Shown: positions 39,737 to 56,839, counted from the first letter of the stretch. The stretch is DNA of 64,000 bases from Eledone cirrhosa (GCA_964016885.1 OZ024740.1:199764001-199828000); one strand, 5' to 3'. The notes: generated by a model not told the origin, from the sequence alone. Numbers and translations: made by a program.

Positions 39737-40394
39737 AACTGCTCTGTAGAACAACTGATGTTATTACATTGAGCTATTTATCTTACTGGTAATAAGGTAG
39801 TAATAAATTACTGAACTTCACTGATTAGGGTTTAAAATATATATAACTATAAAAAGTTTTAGTATATACATAACGATAAAGAGTATCCTTAATATTATGT
39901 ATATATATATATATATATTCGTATGTGGTTGACGGCTGAGAAAAGCGTATTCAGACCGAAATGGAGTGTTAATATTTATTTCATTAAGGATAAATAGTGT
40001 GTCATGTTATTCTGGAGTTTCGCCTGTTTCTCACGGATTCAGATGTCTGACAGGATCACCCTGTAATAAACAGGTGAATTTCCCGAGTAACAAGACACAC
40101 TACTTAGCCTAAATATAATATAAATATATAGAGAGAGTGTTTCACATTTAGCACCTTACTCCAGCAAACACGACGGGTAGGAGACCCTTTCAGGAACTCA
40201 TATGTATGCCGGGCACACGAGCAGAAGGACGTGTGTTTTTTCTTGCCGGCATCATATCAATAAATCGGATTTCATCTGGGGATACCGTTCTCATAACAAC
40301 AACAAATGCATGAAGGACTTCTCGATTGCATGGAGAACCGTGGAAATAAGTATAATGATTAAACGATTTATGTAACAACAACATTTTATTTTGT

Positions 40395-41451
<1,057 letters not shown>

Positions 41452-42264
41452 CAACGAATTAAGCCGTATATATATCAACGCAATCAGAAACAGAAGGGCC
41501 ATCTCTGACTCCTTCAAAAATATGGGGTCTAATTAATATTTCCAAGGAAACATTATCTCTTATTCTTTTCTTTTGACTTCCCCTCTTAACTGCATCTCAC
41601 CTTTCTTCACCAGATCTAGCAGCTTCTAACACATAACCAATATATATAGATATGAGCGGAAGTTAAAATCAGACGGCTGTAAAAACTTTGCAGTGATACT
41701 AGTACGTGACTGCCTACCTTGTCTACTTATATGCATACGTGCCTCACATGGTCTTTATACTTAATTATAAATCCTTCTCATTTATTTCAAATTGATGTTT
41801 TACGTTATTACCTGGTTCGTGAATATACACTATTCTTTTCTTATAATGGATTCTGCTTTCTATAAGTCTGCAGCCTTGCTGGGTCTCTGCTTTCATTTAG
41901 TCTACTAGATGAAGTTCACACAGAAGGCATTAATTAGTCAAATGGAGGAAAAAGAAGTAACGGACGAAAGAGAAATGAAGAGAGTACTTTGCTAAATTGC
42001 CACATTGTTGCAAAATGAACAACTTAACCACACAAGCCAATTATATATAATTTAGCTTGTTATTTTCTATTCTGTTGAACATATACATGGGTGGTCCCGT
42101 AACTTCTGCATGAGTTGCACGGGCGCCGTATTGATATACGGCTTCTCCAGGACATTTTAAAACCTGGCGGAGTTCATCTCCTCCCATGTCTGAATACAAC
42201 CGATTTCTTCCTGAGAAATATAGAGAGTAAGTGAATGTAAGTGAGAATCAGATATAGAGGAAGA

Positions 42265-42420
42265 ATCGACCCCAGTATTTGACTGGTAATTTTTTTTTAC
42301 CGAACGAGAATGGGTGAAAGTGAAGTCTTAACTTCGGCGGGATTTGAATTCAGAGAACAGAATCGAATCGAAACACAAATATTTCTGTCCCATGTTCTAA
42401 CAGCTCTACCAATTCCATGA
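42265..42420 (-). mobile_element. Diverged SINE
   Basis: atcgaccccagtatttgactggta...cttcggcgggatttgaattcaga. Confidence 0.6.
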
Positions 42421-42781
42421 CACTTTAACATATATTTAACATATATTGAGAGCTACAAATGCCTTAAAATATCGTAAAAGTACAACATCTCACATACTGC
42501 CCTCATCTCTAATGTCCAATATCATTTCCTCATGGTGTCTATTTAGTTTTTTTAATCGTATTGTATTTTACATTTACTATGGAATATCACGGTTTGTCCC
42601 ACTTAGAGTATTTGTGAAAAACTGGTTTGTCTTTTTTTTAACTCTTCAATAAGAAGGATTGATGGGGAAGACACGCACGCATACAGAAACGCACAGTCGT
42701 GTGCGCAAAGAATATATGTACATACGTATGTTTCTTTATATGATTGTTTGGGGGGTTGGCAGTGTATAAATATATACATAC

Positions 42782-42834
<53 letters not shown>

Positions 42835-42835
42835 C

Positions 42836-42870
<35 letters not shown>

Positions 42871-42881
42871 CATATATATAT

Positions 42882-45800
42882 ATGAATATAGACATAGAAT
42901 ATTCGAAAATATTCTGTATGTTTACAATAAACATTTTGAAGACCTAATCGCTATAGAATAGAATACGTCACGTATTACAATTAGATTCTCGATAAAAGCA
43001 AGGGAAGTAAGTCTACGCGTTTCATTCTTGTTAGAATTCATCAGGACTACATATCCAGTGCTTTTATCGAGAATGACACAGCTAGAGACTTATAGAATAC
43101 TTAGCTGTGTACAGGAACTGGTTTGAAAGAGCGGTTGCCGGTCCGGCAGAAATTAGAAATTGGAATAAATGCTCTGAAATAGCGATATATATGTGAATAT
43201 AGACATAGAATATTCGAAAATATTCTGTATGTTTACAATAAACATTTTGAAGACCTAATCGCTATAGAATAGAATACGTCACGTATTACAATTAGATTCT
43301 CGATAAAAGCAAGGGAAGTAAGTCTACGCGTTTCATTCTTGTTAGAATTCATCAGGACTACATATCCAGTGCTTTTATCGAGAATGACACAGCTAGAGAC
43401 TTATAGAATACTTAGCTGTGTACAGGAACTGGTTTGAAAGAGCGGTTGCCGGTCCGGCAGAAATTAGAAATTGGAATAAATGCTCTGAAATAGCGATATA
43501 TATGTGAATATAGACATAGAATATTCGAAAATATTCTGTATGTTTACAATAAACATTTTGAAGACCTAATCGCTATAGAATAGAATACGTCACGTATTAC
43601 AATTAGATTCTCGATAAAAGCAAATCGAGAATCTAATTGTAATACGTGACGTATTCTATTCTATAGCGATTAGGTCTTCAAAATGTTTATTGTAAACATA
43701 CAGAATATTTTCGAATATTCTATGTCTATATTCACATATATATCGCTATTTCAGAGCATTTATTCCAATTTCTAATTTCTGCCGGACCGGCAACCGCTCT
43801 TTCAAACCAGTTCCTGTACACAGCTAAGTATTCTATAAGTCTCTAGCTGTGTCATTCTCGATAAAAGCACTGGATATGTAGTCCTGATGAATTCTAACAA
43901 GAATGAAACGCGTAGACTTACTTCCCTTGCTTTTATCGAGAATCTAATTGTAATACGTGACGTATTCTATTCTATAGCGATTAGGTCTTCAAAATGTTTA
44001 TTGTAAACATACAGAATATTTTCGAATATTCTATGTCTATATTCACATATATATCGCTATTTCAGAGCATTTATTCCAATTTCTAATTTCTGCCGGACCG
44101 GCAACCGCTCTTTCAAACCAGTTCCTGTACACAGCTAAGTATTCTATAAGTCTCTAGCTGTGTCATTCTCGATAAAAGCACTGGATATGTAGTCCTGATG
44201 AATTCTAACAAGAATGAAACGCGTAGACTTACTTCCCTTGCTTTTATCGAGAATCTAATTGTAATACGTGACGTATTCTATTCTATAGCGATTAGGTCTT
44301 CAAAATGTTTATTGTAAACATACAGAATATTTTCGAATATTCTATGTCTATATTCACATATATATCGCTATTTCAGAGCATTTATTCCAATTTCTAATTT
44401 CTGCCGGACCGGCAACCGCTCTTTCAAACCAGTTCCTGTACACAGCTAAGTATTCTATAAGTCTCTAGCTGTGTCATTCTCGATAAAAGCACTGGATATG
44501 TAGTCCTGATGAATTCTAACAAGAATGAAACGCGTAGACTTACTTCCCTTGCTTTTATCGAGAATCTAATTGTAATACGTGACGTATTCTATTCTATAGC
44601 GATTAGGTCTTCAAAATGTTTATTGTAAACATACAGAATATTTTCGAATATTCTATGTCTATATTCACATATATATCGCTATTTCAGAGCATTTATTCCA
44701 ATTTCTAATTTCTGCCGGACCGGCAACCGCTCTTTCAAACCAGTTCCTGTACACAGCTAAGTATTCTATAAGTCTCTAGCTGTGTCATTCTCGATAAAAG
44801 CACTGGATATGTAGTCCTGATGAATTCTAACAAGAATGAAACGCGTAGACTTACTTCCCTTGCTTTTATCGAGAATCTAATTGTAATACGTGACGTATTC
44901 TATTCTATAGCGATTAGGTCTTCAAAATGTTTATTGTAAACATACAGAATATTTTCGAATATTCTATGTCTATATTCACATATATATCGCTATTTCAGAG
45001 CATTTATTCCAATTTCTAATTTCTGCCGGACCGGCAACCGCTCTTTCAAACCAGTTCCTGTACACAGCTAAGTATTCTATAAGTCTCTAGCTGTGTCATT
45101 CTCGATAAAAGCACTGGATATGTAGTCCTGATGAATTCTAACAAGAATGAAACGCGTAGACTTACTTCCCTTGCTTTTATCGAGAATCTAATTGTAATAC
45201 GTGACGTATTCTATTCTATAGCGATTAGGTCTTCAAAATGTTTATTGTAAACATACAGAATATTTTCGAATATTCTATGTCTATATTCACATATATATCG
45301 CTATTTCAGAGCATTTATTCCAATTTCTAATTTCTGCCGGACCGGCAACCGCTCTTTCAAACCAGTTCCTGTACACAGCTAAGTATTCTATAAGTCTCTA
45401 GCTGTGTCATTCTCGATAAAAGCACTGGATATGTAGTCCTGATGAATTCTAACAAGAATGAAACGCGTAGACTTACTTCCCTTGCTTTTATCGAGAATCT
45501 AATTGTAATACGTGACGTATTCTATTCTATAGCGATTAGGTCTTCAAAATGTTTATTGTAAACATACAGAATATTTTCGAATATTCTATGTCTATATTCA
45601 CATATATATCGCTATTTCAGAGCATTTATTCCAATTTCTAATTTCTGCCGGACCGGCAACCGCTCTTTCAAACCAGTTCCTGTACACAGCTAAGTATTCT
45701 ATAAGTCTCTAGCTGTGTCATTCTCGATAAAAGCACTGGATATGTAGTCCTGATGAATTCTAACAAGAATGAAACGCGTAGACTTACTTCCCTTGCTTTT

Positions 45801-45944
45801 ATCGAGAATCTAATTGTAATACGTGACGTATTCTATTCTATAGCGATTAGGTCTTCAAAATGTTTATTGTAAACATACAGAATATTTTCGAATATTCTAT
45901 GTCTATATTCACATATATATCGCTATTTCAGAGCATTTATTCCA

Positions 45945-45949
<5 letters not shown>
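42882..45949 (+). mobile_element. Retrozyme-like 311-bp tandem array: 2.4 units (-) joined head-to-head to 7.5 units (+), 9 HHRs
   Basis: CTGATGA at 43884, 44195, 44506, 44817, 45128, 45439 and 45750 (+), and at 43038-43044 and 43349-43355 (-). Units look identical. Strand switch at 43623/43624. (TA)n on both flanks. Confidence 0.92.
43878..43921 (+). ncRNA. Minimal type I hammerhead ribozyme (representative array copy)
   Basis: gtagtc-CTGATGA-attct.aaca.agaat-GAAA-cgcg-TA-gac(t)tac. Complete core, 5-bp stem II, palindromic CGCG stem III, predicted cleavage after GUA. Confidence 0.88.
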
Positions 45950-46034
<85 letters not shown>

Positions 46035-46632
46035 GACTTTTTCTTTTTTTAAATGCATATAATGTTACCTTTTTACACCAACGTTTGCAAATTTCTGTCT
46101 TATATGTTTATACACTAGATATGGCTTTCTATAATAATAGTACTAAACACTGTTTTTCTGGGCCCCTTTAGAAATAACCTGCTACTATAACAGCCCTAAT
46201 AACTTGTCTGTGACATTGTACCACTTTGACCCCTCTAACTAAATTTTGTCCGAACAACACCACTAGAAGTATCTACTTCCCAGCCAACCTTAACACGCCT
46301 CATTAAGCTAACTGCTGCCAAAACATTCTCTCTTCACAATCTCTACTAGTCTGACAGTCTTAAACCCTAAGACTCCCTCCACCTTACTCACTTCCCTCTT
46401 CCACTTCTCTTCCTACCTCCTTTTTTATCTTTTATCTAGTGTATATAATATTTTCATATCATTCTAATACAAAGGTCTGATGACATGGTGTGTTGGCTTA
46501 CAGTGTACTTTCGGTTTTTGATAATATTTGTGTATTATTCAAATAGCGAGGTATAGGTAACTCATACACTATAGAAACAATTGTTACCTAATAAATTCTA
46601 TATACCCGCATTTCCATTTCGTAAATTTTTCT

Positions 46633-47064
<432 letters not shown>

Positions 47065-47379
47065 GTTGAGCTCTGCTGAGGATCTCCATTGAAAGTTTTC
47101 GTGAAATAGTCTTTAAGACTATACAGAGCATTTGAAGTTTTTCCAAATTGAAGGATGAGTATTTTAAACTTTATTTTATCACGAGTTAAGGCTCTATTGA
47201 TTTTTCCCTGGATTATACTAAATTCTGTGGATGAATCTATATCCTGATTCTCTTTGAGATGAGTTTGAATTATTTTTCCCACATCTTACGTTAACTATTT
47301 TTCCCATTTTGACGCTATAGTCACTTATATATATTATGGAATACTGTTGGCTTTTCGCTACAAGTTTTCTATACCTTTC

Positions 47380-47433
<54 letters not shown>

Positions 47434-47782
47434 TTCTCTCTCTCTCTCTACCCCTCTCACTCTATCGTTCTCTCTCTACCCCTCTCACACTCTCTCATCA
47501 CACACACTCTGTCTTTTCTTTTAAAATTATTCTGTATGTGGGCTGTGTATCATCAAGGAATATAGAATGATTGAATACTATGATAAATAAAGTGGCAACA
47601 ACGCCAACTTTTACAAATGACTGTGTTTACCGTACTGAGTAGCTATGTTACATCGTGTAGATAGCTGTGTTTGTATTTGTGTGTATATATATATGCGCAT
47701 GTGTTTGTTTCAGTGGTAACGAAAAGCAATATAAGATGTCAATGTATAATTGTCTGAAAGAAACATGTTGGATAGTTCAATT

Positions 47783-47914
<132 letters not shown>

Positions 47915-47921
47915 TAAATGA

Positions 47922-47965
<44 letters not shown>

Positions 47966-48637
47966 GTATATATATATATATAAATATGGGCATTTACTCC
48001 AACATAGTTATATGTTAGAGTAAATAAATATATGTAGTACATGAATTTGTTATCTGGCGATATACGGTATGCTTTTAAATAAACATTTTCAAAGTTTTCC
48101 GGCCATGAATTTCAAAACTGATGGCGTAGCACCATCAAGTGTGTTCTAACAGAAGATAAAGACGGGCAGAAATATAGGAAAAAGAATTTGAAAAGGCAAT
48201 TGTAGTCTTTAAGAAAAGTTATTTATAATAAATTTACATGTTTGAATGATTTTCAAAAGTTAAGTGAGATTGAAACATATGTGGCTATGTGTCCTTATCT
48301 GATATTTTGGGAAATTTGTTTCCGTTTTATACAACATCACATTCTGAACACAGGGGCCATAGAGTCGTCATGTTATACGTTAAGAGAATCCCTTTTCTTC
48401 TTAACAGCGGGAGTAGCTCTCTAATTTTTTTATTATCCTATCTTTATTTTAGTTATTATATTCTTCGATCACCCTCCTTTGTAGCTCGACTTGACGAATA
48501 TTTGCTTTTCTTTCCTATCATAAAGATAAGGTTTTTATCGTTGTTCTTTTCTGTTTCATTTCGCCTTTATTTCACAGTTTTTTCTTTACTTTCATTCAAT
48601 AAATTCCATGGTTAATTCCATCTTTTGCTTTCGGAGC

Positions 48638-48727
<90 letters not shown>

Positions 48728-48792
48728 TGGCATATATAGACACATACTGAAAAGATATATATTAACACGGGTTAACACATATATATATGTAT

Positions 48793-48855
<63 letters not shown>

Positions 48856-49657
48856 AAAGTATGTCCATAGAGTCATTTGATAAAATATATACACCATTTC
48901 CTCTCTAAATCAGCATGATTAACCACACAAAAAAAACAATTAAACCAGGCTAAAAGATTAAAAGACACCAATGAAGAAATAATAGATAAATAAACGACAG
49001 CCATCTATTCGCGATCAACAGCCATAGAATATTTACCCAGCATTTCCAATAGCACATGGGAATCGATTAAATGTATCGTCAACCATACACAATTAGGTAT
49101 AAAATCAAAGTTAGAAGAACAATAAAATATATATATATATATATACGCACAGGCTAAATATGAAATAACATTTTTCTGTTAACGATATGTGTAAGTTCAG
49201 TCGTTACTTGAAAAGTAGACTGCAATCTATCGTAAAGTGCGTGAACAACATATACATATATACACACGTGTTGTTGATTCCAACTCCGAGTTGGTCGATT
49301 GACTGAACATCCTGTTCCGGAAATGAACGACCAGGTGGCTGAACGTTCCACAGACCGTCCTATACTAAACGCAAATCTCTGGGAGATTCAGTGTAATATG
49401 GTGCGTGTCAAGGCTGACAATGTCATTCAAATATGCAGATGAAAACCGTGTCGTACACACACACAAGACGACACGCTCACGTACACAAACCCTCACAGAC
49501 ACACACACACACACACACCATATATAGATAAATATACAAATATACACACATATATATATATGTATGTATATATATATAGAAGGTGAGTAATGTTGGAGAA
49601 CAATAAAACTATTCATATATCAGATAAGTAGCACTCAACAGTTGGTAGAACAGGAGT

Positions 49658-49781
49658 ATATATAATAAAGATGAAATAAAGATGGTTATAAGAGTTCCAT
49701 ATATTTTATACGTATTCGAAATACGTATAATAAAATATATGGAACTCTTATAACCATCTTTATTTCATCTTTATTATGTAT
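49658..49781. repeat. Near-perfect hairpin (~60-bp arms)
   Basis: taataaagatgaaataaagatggttataagagttccatatattttatacgtatt-cga-aatacgtata..atatatggaactcttataaccatctttatttcatctttatta. Confidence 0.85.
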
Positions 49782-49794
49782 ATACACCCCCCCC

Positions 49795-49856
<62 letters not shown>

Positions 49857-50130
49857 TATATACACACACAAACACATGTATATATATACACACATAAATA
49901 TATATATATATTATATATATATATATGATTCCTGATTTATTTCTAAAGAATGAAACAGTTCTAGTCCTGTAGAATCTCATCTATATTAAAACTTTTATAC
50001 TTTTATACTTTTATACTTTTATACTCTGCTATGTATTGAGTACCTTACTTCCTGTGGTTACCTCCGATTCAACCCGGAATAATTTACCTATATATATATA
50101 TATCTATATATATATATCTATATATATATA

Positions 50131-50216
<86 letters not shown>

Positions 50217-50390
50217 ATTGAAAAAGTGTAGAATAACATGATCAGCAGTAAAAAAAATGGGGGGATTTATTTACACACGTCATCTACGTAAACCTCTTGT
50301 TGAGTCAAACAACGCCGTTCGCTAAAACACTCCATAATAAGAAGTATTCACAACCTCTAACTAGATTACCTATAACGATACTTTGTTATC

Positions 50391-50447
<57 letters not shown>

Positions 50448-50881
50448 AAGAAAATAGAACGCATACATATTTTATGTTTTTCTCCTTGACTGAATTTCTA
50501 TATCGCCAAGATGGCGAGGATAAACAGGAAGCAGTATTTATAGCAGGGGACTGAAAAATCAATGCTAAATGCGGTTATATATTGAATGAAGGAAAATATG
50601 GATGAATAATATATCCATAACGGTATAATAATATCCATAGCGCTAAACATCTCCATCAAGAAATACATTAAATGTCAAGTACTTTGTCCACAGAGCCTAC
50701 ATAATTTACATTGTATAGAGATGCTGCCGTTAGGTACATCTATTACACATTACACCCACACAGAAAGTCAAACACTCATTTATATATACATATATAAATG
50801 AGTGTGTATTCAGAAACAGATAAATATGCATGCATACACGTACATACCTTACATACAGTCACAATCTGACAAACGCATAGA

Positions 50882-51487
<606 letters not shown>

Positions 51488-51496
51488 TATATATAC

Positions 51497-51681
51497 AACG
51501 GAGGTGTGGTAAGGAACCAGATGGACCATAACGCACCAGAGTACTCAATACTTAGAGTAGTAGAGAGGGTAATAGGAAAATGTTTAACCCCGATTGCAGA
51601 TCTCAAGCTGTTTCGACAGCTATTTCTGGAGACCAGAAACAGGCGTCGAAACGGCTTGAGCTCTGCCTTCAGGGTTAACAT

Positions 51682-51686
<5 letters not shown>
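51497..51686 (-). mobile_element. Palindromic mini-element (family C), more diverged copy
   Basis: Homologous to the 15595 and 25214 copies. Confidence 0.75.
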
Positions 51687-51738
<52 letters not shown>

Positions 51739-51848
51739 CAAAGAGTTATTTAATTTGTTGGTTATTCAACAAATTTATTTATAACAGATTCGAAGCACTC
51801 TACAGTTTTCTTCTGGAGTATAATATCAATATTATTATAATATCAAAT

Positions 51849-51962
51849 TTCAAATCCCGCCAAGGTTAACTTTGACTTTCATCCTTACGGGGTCGATAAA
51901 ATAAAGTACCAGTAATGCACTGGGTGATAGCTGGCCTTGTGCCTAACGTAGAAACAATTATT
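51849..51962 (+). mobile_element. SINE, 5'-truncated
   Basis: ttcaaatcccgccaaggttaactttgactttcatccttacggggtcgataaaataaagtaccag. Confidence 0.8.
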
Positions 51963-52979
51963 ATAATATCAATTATTATAAATTTATTATTATTACTATA
52001 TATATATATTCATTTACATCTAAAAATATAATCACTTATGAGTCTATATATGTTTTAACCCGTATATATATACGTCGCATCTTACTGATCATATCCGATG
52101 GAATGTCTGTGTAACGTACAGTAATTTCGACATACAGATGATCGAAACTTATTAATATTCCCTTTGGCTTACTTATGTCATTTTGTATTTAATTAATTGT
52201 ACAGAAATTGCGACTTCTTAATTACGATACGGCGCGCAGCACAAACGTATTTTCTATTTCTCTCCTGCTACTTGTTCTCCCTTTTAACTCCTTTTTACCT
52301 ATATTATCAATAACAGAGTATACTAGATGTACCGAGGTCTATGTCCCCGAACGTTAGGCATTACCATTACGACACACACATACACACACACGCGAATATA
52401 TATATACAATATTTTTGATATCCTATATATGTGTGTGTAAATAGAGAGAGAGAGAGGAAACTGAAGTGAGAGAGAGAGAGAGGTAACTGGAAAGAGAGAG
52501 AGGTAACTAGTGAGAGAGAGAGGTAACTGGAGAGGGCGAGAGAGAGAGATAGGTGGGCAAACATACAAACCTACTGGCTAAACTGTGATCAGACATGTAT
52601 CTACGCTTACGGGTTGATTCATGAACAAATCGTTAGGCATGTAGATAGGCAGGCTGATTGATTGGCAGATAATTATGGTCGCCTATTAGTCTTTTTATGT
52701 TGATACAAATATGTGTCTAATTATATGAAAATATTTTTTTTTTATTATTTAGAAACAACTCTGGCTCTGAAAATTTCCAAGGTTTCTGATATTGGAGCGG
52801 TTGAAGTATCCTGACTCCGGACACCTAACCCGAATGTTTACTAAAGGGAACTTAATACCAGCTGATGGGGCTCAACTGATCAATGTATTAAATCCACCAT
52901 TCCCGAAGGCTACAGCCTGATCTGTGTAGAGGTTAGCGCCGGTTAGTGTACTCGTAGATCGATAAGATAAGTAGAATCT

Positions 52980-53055
<76 letters not shown>

Positions 53056-53299
53056 GTGAGGTTATTTTACAAAATGAAAAATAACCGAGGTGTCCTACAC
53101 GAGTGAAAGTATAAAGAAAAAAGAGATGAAATCGAAAATGCAACTGGAGTCTTATTTTTTTTTTAAATATATATATTTATTTGGTTCCTTTACCGGTTTC
53201 GCAGTTCTTCTGCTTTTCAAAAGTAGAGTTGAGATGGAGGGTCTGTGGTTTTTCTCACATCTGTAGATGTATATATAGATATATTTATATATGCATACA

Positions 53300-54133
53300 T
53301 ACTGAAGTAAAAGTTAAGTGTAAATATGCAACATTAAGAGCACTGAGTACATAGGACGAGTTTAGTATAGACAATTACAACAGTGACATAAACAGGTACT
53401 CATGTTTCGTTGGGTTCTGTGCCCTAACTCATTCAACCTGTCGTGAGAAAAATAAAAACAAAGATGGCCACCTAGGCTTGATTGTGTTTTCCTTTTAGGA
53501 ATATAAAATAAGAGTTTACGCAGGGACTTGTAATACAGAAAAAGTTTAGAAGAAAGTTTTTTTTTAAAATTATAGGGTAATAGTGAGCGAGGTAACACTT
53601 GAAAGACCGCAATCAATTTTGAATAAGATAGAAGCACAATAATGTCTTCTAGTTGAATAAAAAAAATGCAATTTCACCGAATTACAATATAGTCAGTAAA
53701 TCAAATTACACACCTAGACCTGTTAATCAGGCCTAAGCCATTTATCTATCCAGCCGCGAAACAATTGAACCGTGTGTTGTGGCAGTGCGTATCTGCAGAT
53801 AATTATGAGAGTGTCCACCATTTTTCAGAATTACAAAGCCGAACAAATTTTGGCATATTTACGTAGACGGTAGATGTTTCCAAAATCAGCCATTTGAGGT
53901 AAAAGGTCTTGCCGTTGTTCTTAAGGCCCCATACGTGGTTTGCAAACTGGGTGGTATGTTTTTTGTCGGGATATCTGAATGTTGTTTCGTGATTCAGGTA
54001 CCGTTATATTCCTAAAAGGAAAGCACAATCAACCCTAGGCGGACATCTTAGTTTTTTTATTTTTCTCATGATAGGATGAAAAATTTGGGGCCCAGAACCC
54101 AACGAAGCTTGAGTACCTGTTAAATGTCACTGT
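53300..54133 (-). mobile_element. Old 5'-truncated PLE: GIY-YIG C-terminal fragment, 3' region, and an inverted copy of its 3' end at 54004-54133
   Basis: Manual minus-strand translation of ~54003-53810 gives RYLNHETTFRYPDKKHTTQFANHVWGLKNNGKTFYLKWLILE..RLCNSEK, homologous to the endonuclease in ORF 61825..62745. 53378-53505 is mirrored at 54004-54133. Relic HHR cagg-TTGAATGA..GAAA-catgag-TA-cctg. Confidence 0.75.
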
Positions 54134-54135
54134 CG

Positions 54136-54205
<70 letters not shown>

Positions 54206-54305
54206 TATTAAGTTGTTAAACAATATTCGATGATTATGTCAAAAAATGAGTTTTACAGTGGATTGGAAGCACTCAACGGTAATTTAATTTTCAGGAGTTA
54301 TTAAT

Positions 54306-55619
54306 ATATAAGTATTAATAAAATAGATGTTCTTTTGATCAATTACATTTTATTATACATATTTCGGATGTACAACAGTACGTCCTCATCAGACAAAATA
54401 TAATGATACATGACATACCCTGAGATGTGAAATGGTTAAGATTTAATCAAGGTAGTGATTACCCGATCGAAAATTTTACTTATATAATAACTGTGTGAGA
54501 GTGCGAAAACGTAATGATTAATTAGAGAGTGTGTGAGTAAGAAAAATATATACTTCTATATACATGATTCAAATAAAGAGGAAATATCCAAGCTAAAAAT
54601 TATTATAGACATTATTTTGAACATTATACATGCACTCATTATTCGTTTTTCTTATATGTATATATATATTTAAATGTAACACGTTGTTAAGAGTATAACT
54701 GCTATCATTTACCTAAAGTATAATACATTAATAATACTTAATATATATCTATATATATATACATCCCTATATGTAATAATATGTTGATATCTTGGTTGAA
54801 GAATAATTAGTACATTTACACCCAATTATACTTATGTATTTTATCCGTAACATATTATTTTATTTTATTTTATTTTTATTTTTGTCGGTATTATTTACCT
54901 TATACATACTGACTCATTAATATATACCTATATACATAATAGTTATTCATATATTTATGACAATAAGTACTTCAAAAGCTTTACATACCTAATATGTTGA
55001 GATATTTGTTAAAGTTTAGATTTAGGTAATTAATCAACAGTATAATATTTCATTCTTTACGTGCCAGCTAAATCCTTTAAAATGTTATTCTCACAATTCA
55101 GAAGTTTAGAAATGATATATGATATATATAAATAATATATAGATAAATAGCAAAATATCCTGAAATCTGGAGTCTTCACATTAATATTATAAATTAAATA
55201 TTTTCAAAGTCTAACTTCTTAACTTTCGACCCCCCCCCCGCTCCCACACTTTACTTTTCCCTCCTTATAAATCTTTTTCCATTGGCTATCATTGGCTGTT
55301 ATGATTCATGAGACGTTTCCCTAGATATATTATATTGTAGTATCATACAATTTACAACGTTAGAACACTTTAAGTATGCAACGTTTTTTCTTACTCACAC
55401 ACACTCTAAAGAATTCATTACGTTTTCGCACTCTCAGACAGATATTATATAAGCAAAATTTTCTATCGGGTAATCACTACCTTGATTAAATCTTAACCAT
55501 TTAACATCTCAGGGTATGTCATGTATCATTATATTTTGTCTGATGAGGACGTACTGTTGTACATCCGAAATATGTATAATAAAATGTAATTGATCAAAAG
55601 AACATCTATTTTATTAATA

Positions 55620-55622
<3 letters not shown>
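54306..55622 (+). mobile_element. Fold-back element (arms 54306-54545 and 55385-55622) with a canonical HHR in each arm
   Basis: 55531-55587 reads atattttgt-CTGATGA-ggacgtac.tgtt.gtacatcc-GAAA-tatgta-TA-ataaaatgt. The - copy is at 54345-54401. Confidence 0.8.
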
Positions 55623-55704
<82 letters not shown>

Positions 55705-55710
55705 ATATAA

Positions 55711-56839
<1,129 letters not shown>

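Noticed and set aside
39984-40112. Imperfect ~125-bp hairpin as a pre-miRNA or MITE
   Set aside because: Many mismatches and a single copy in the window; indistinguishable from an old fold-back relic.
42882-45949. CRISPR-like or plain satellite interpretation of the array
   Set aside because: Units are identical with no unique spacers and no cas genes. The ribozyme, strand switch and dispersed second array favour a retro-mobilised element.
46470-46520. Isolated CTGATGA motif
   Set aside because: No paired stem II or correctly placed GAAA.
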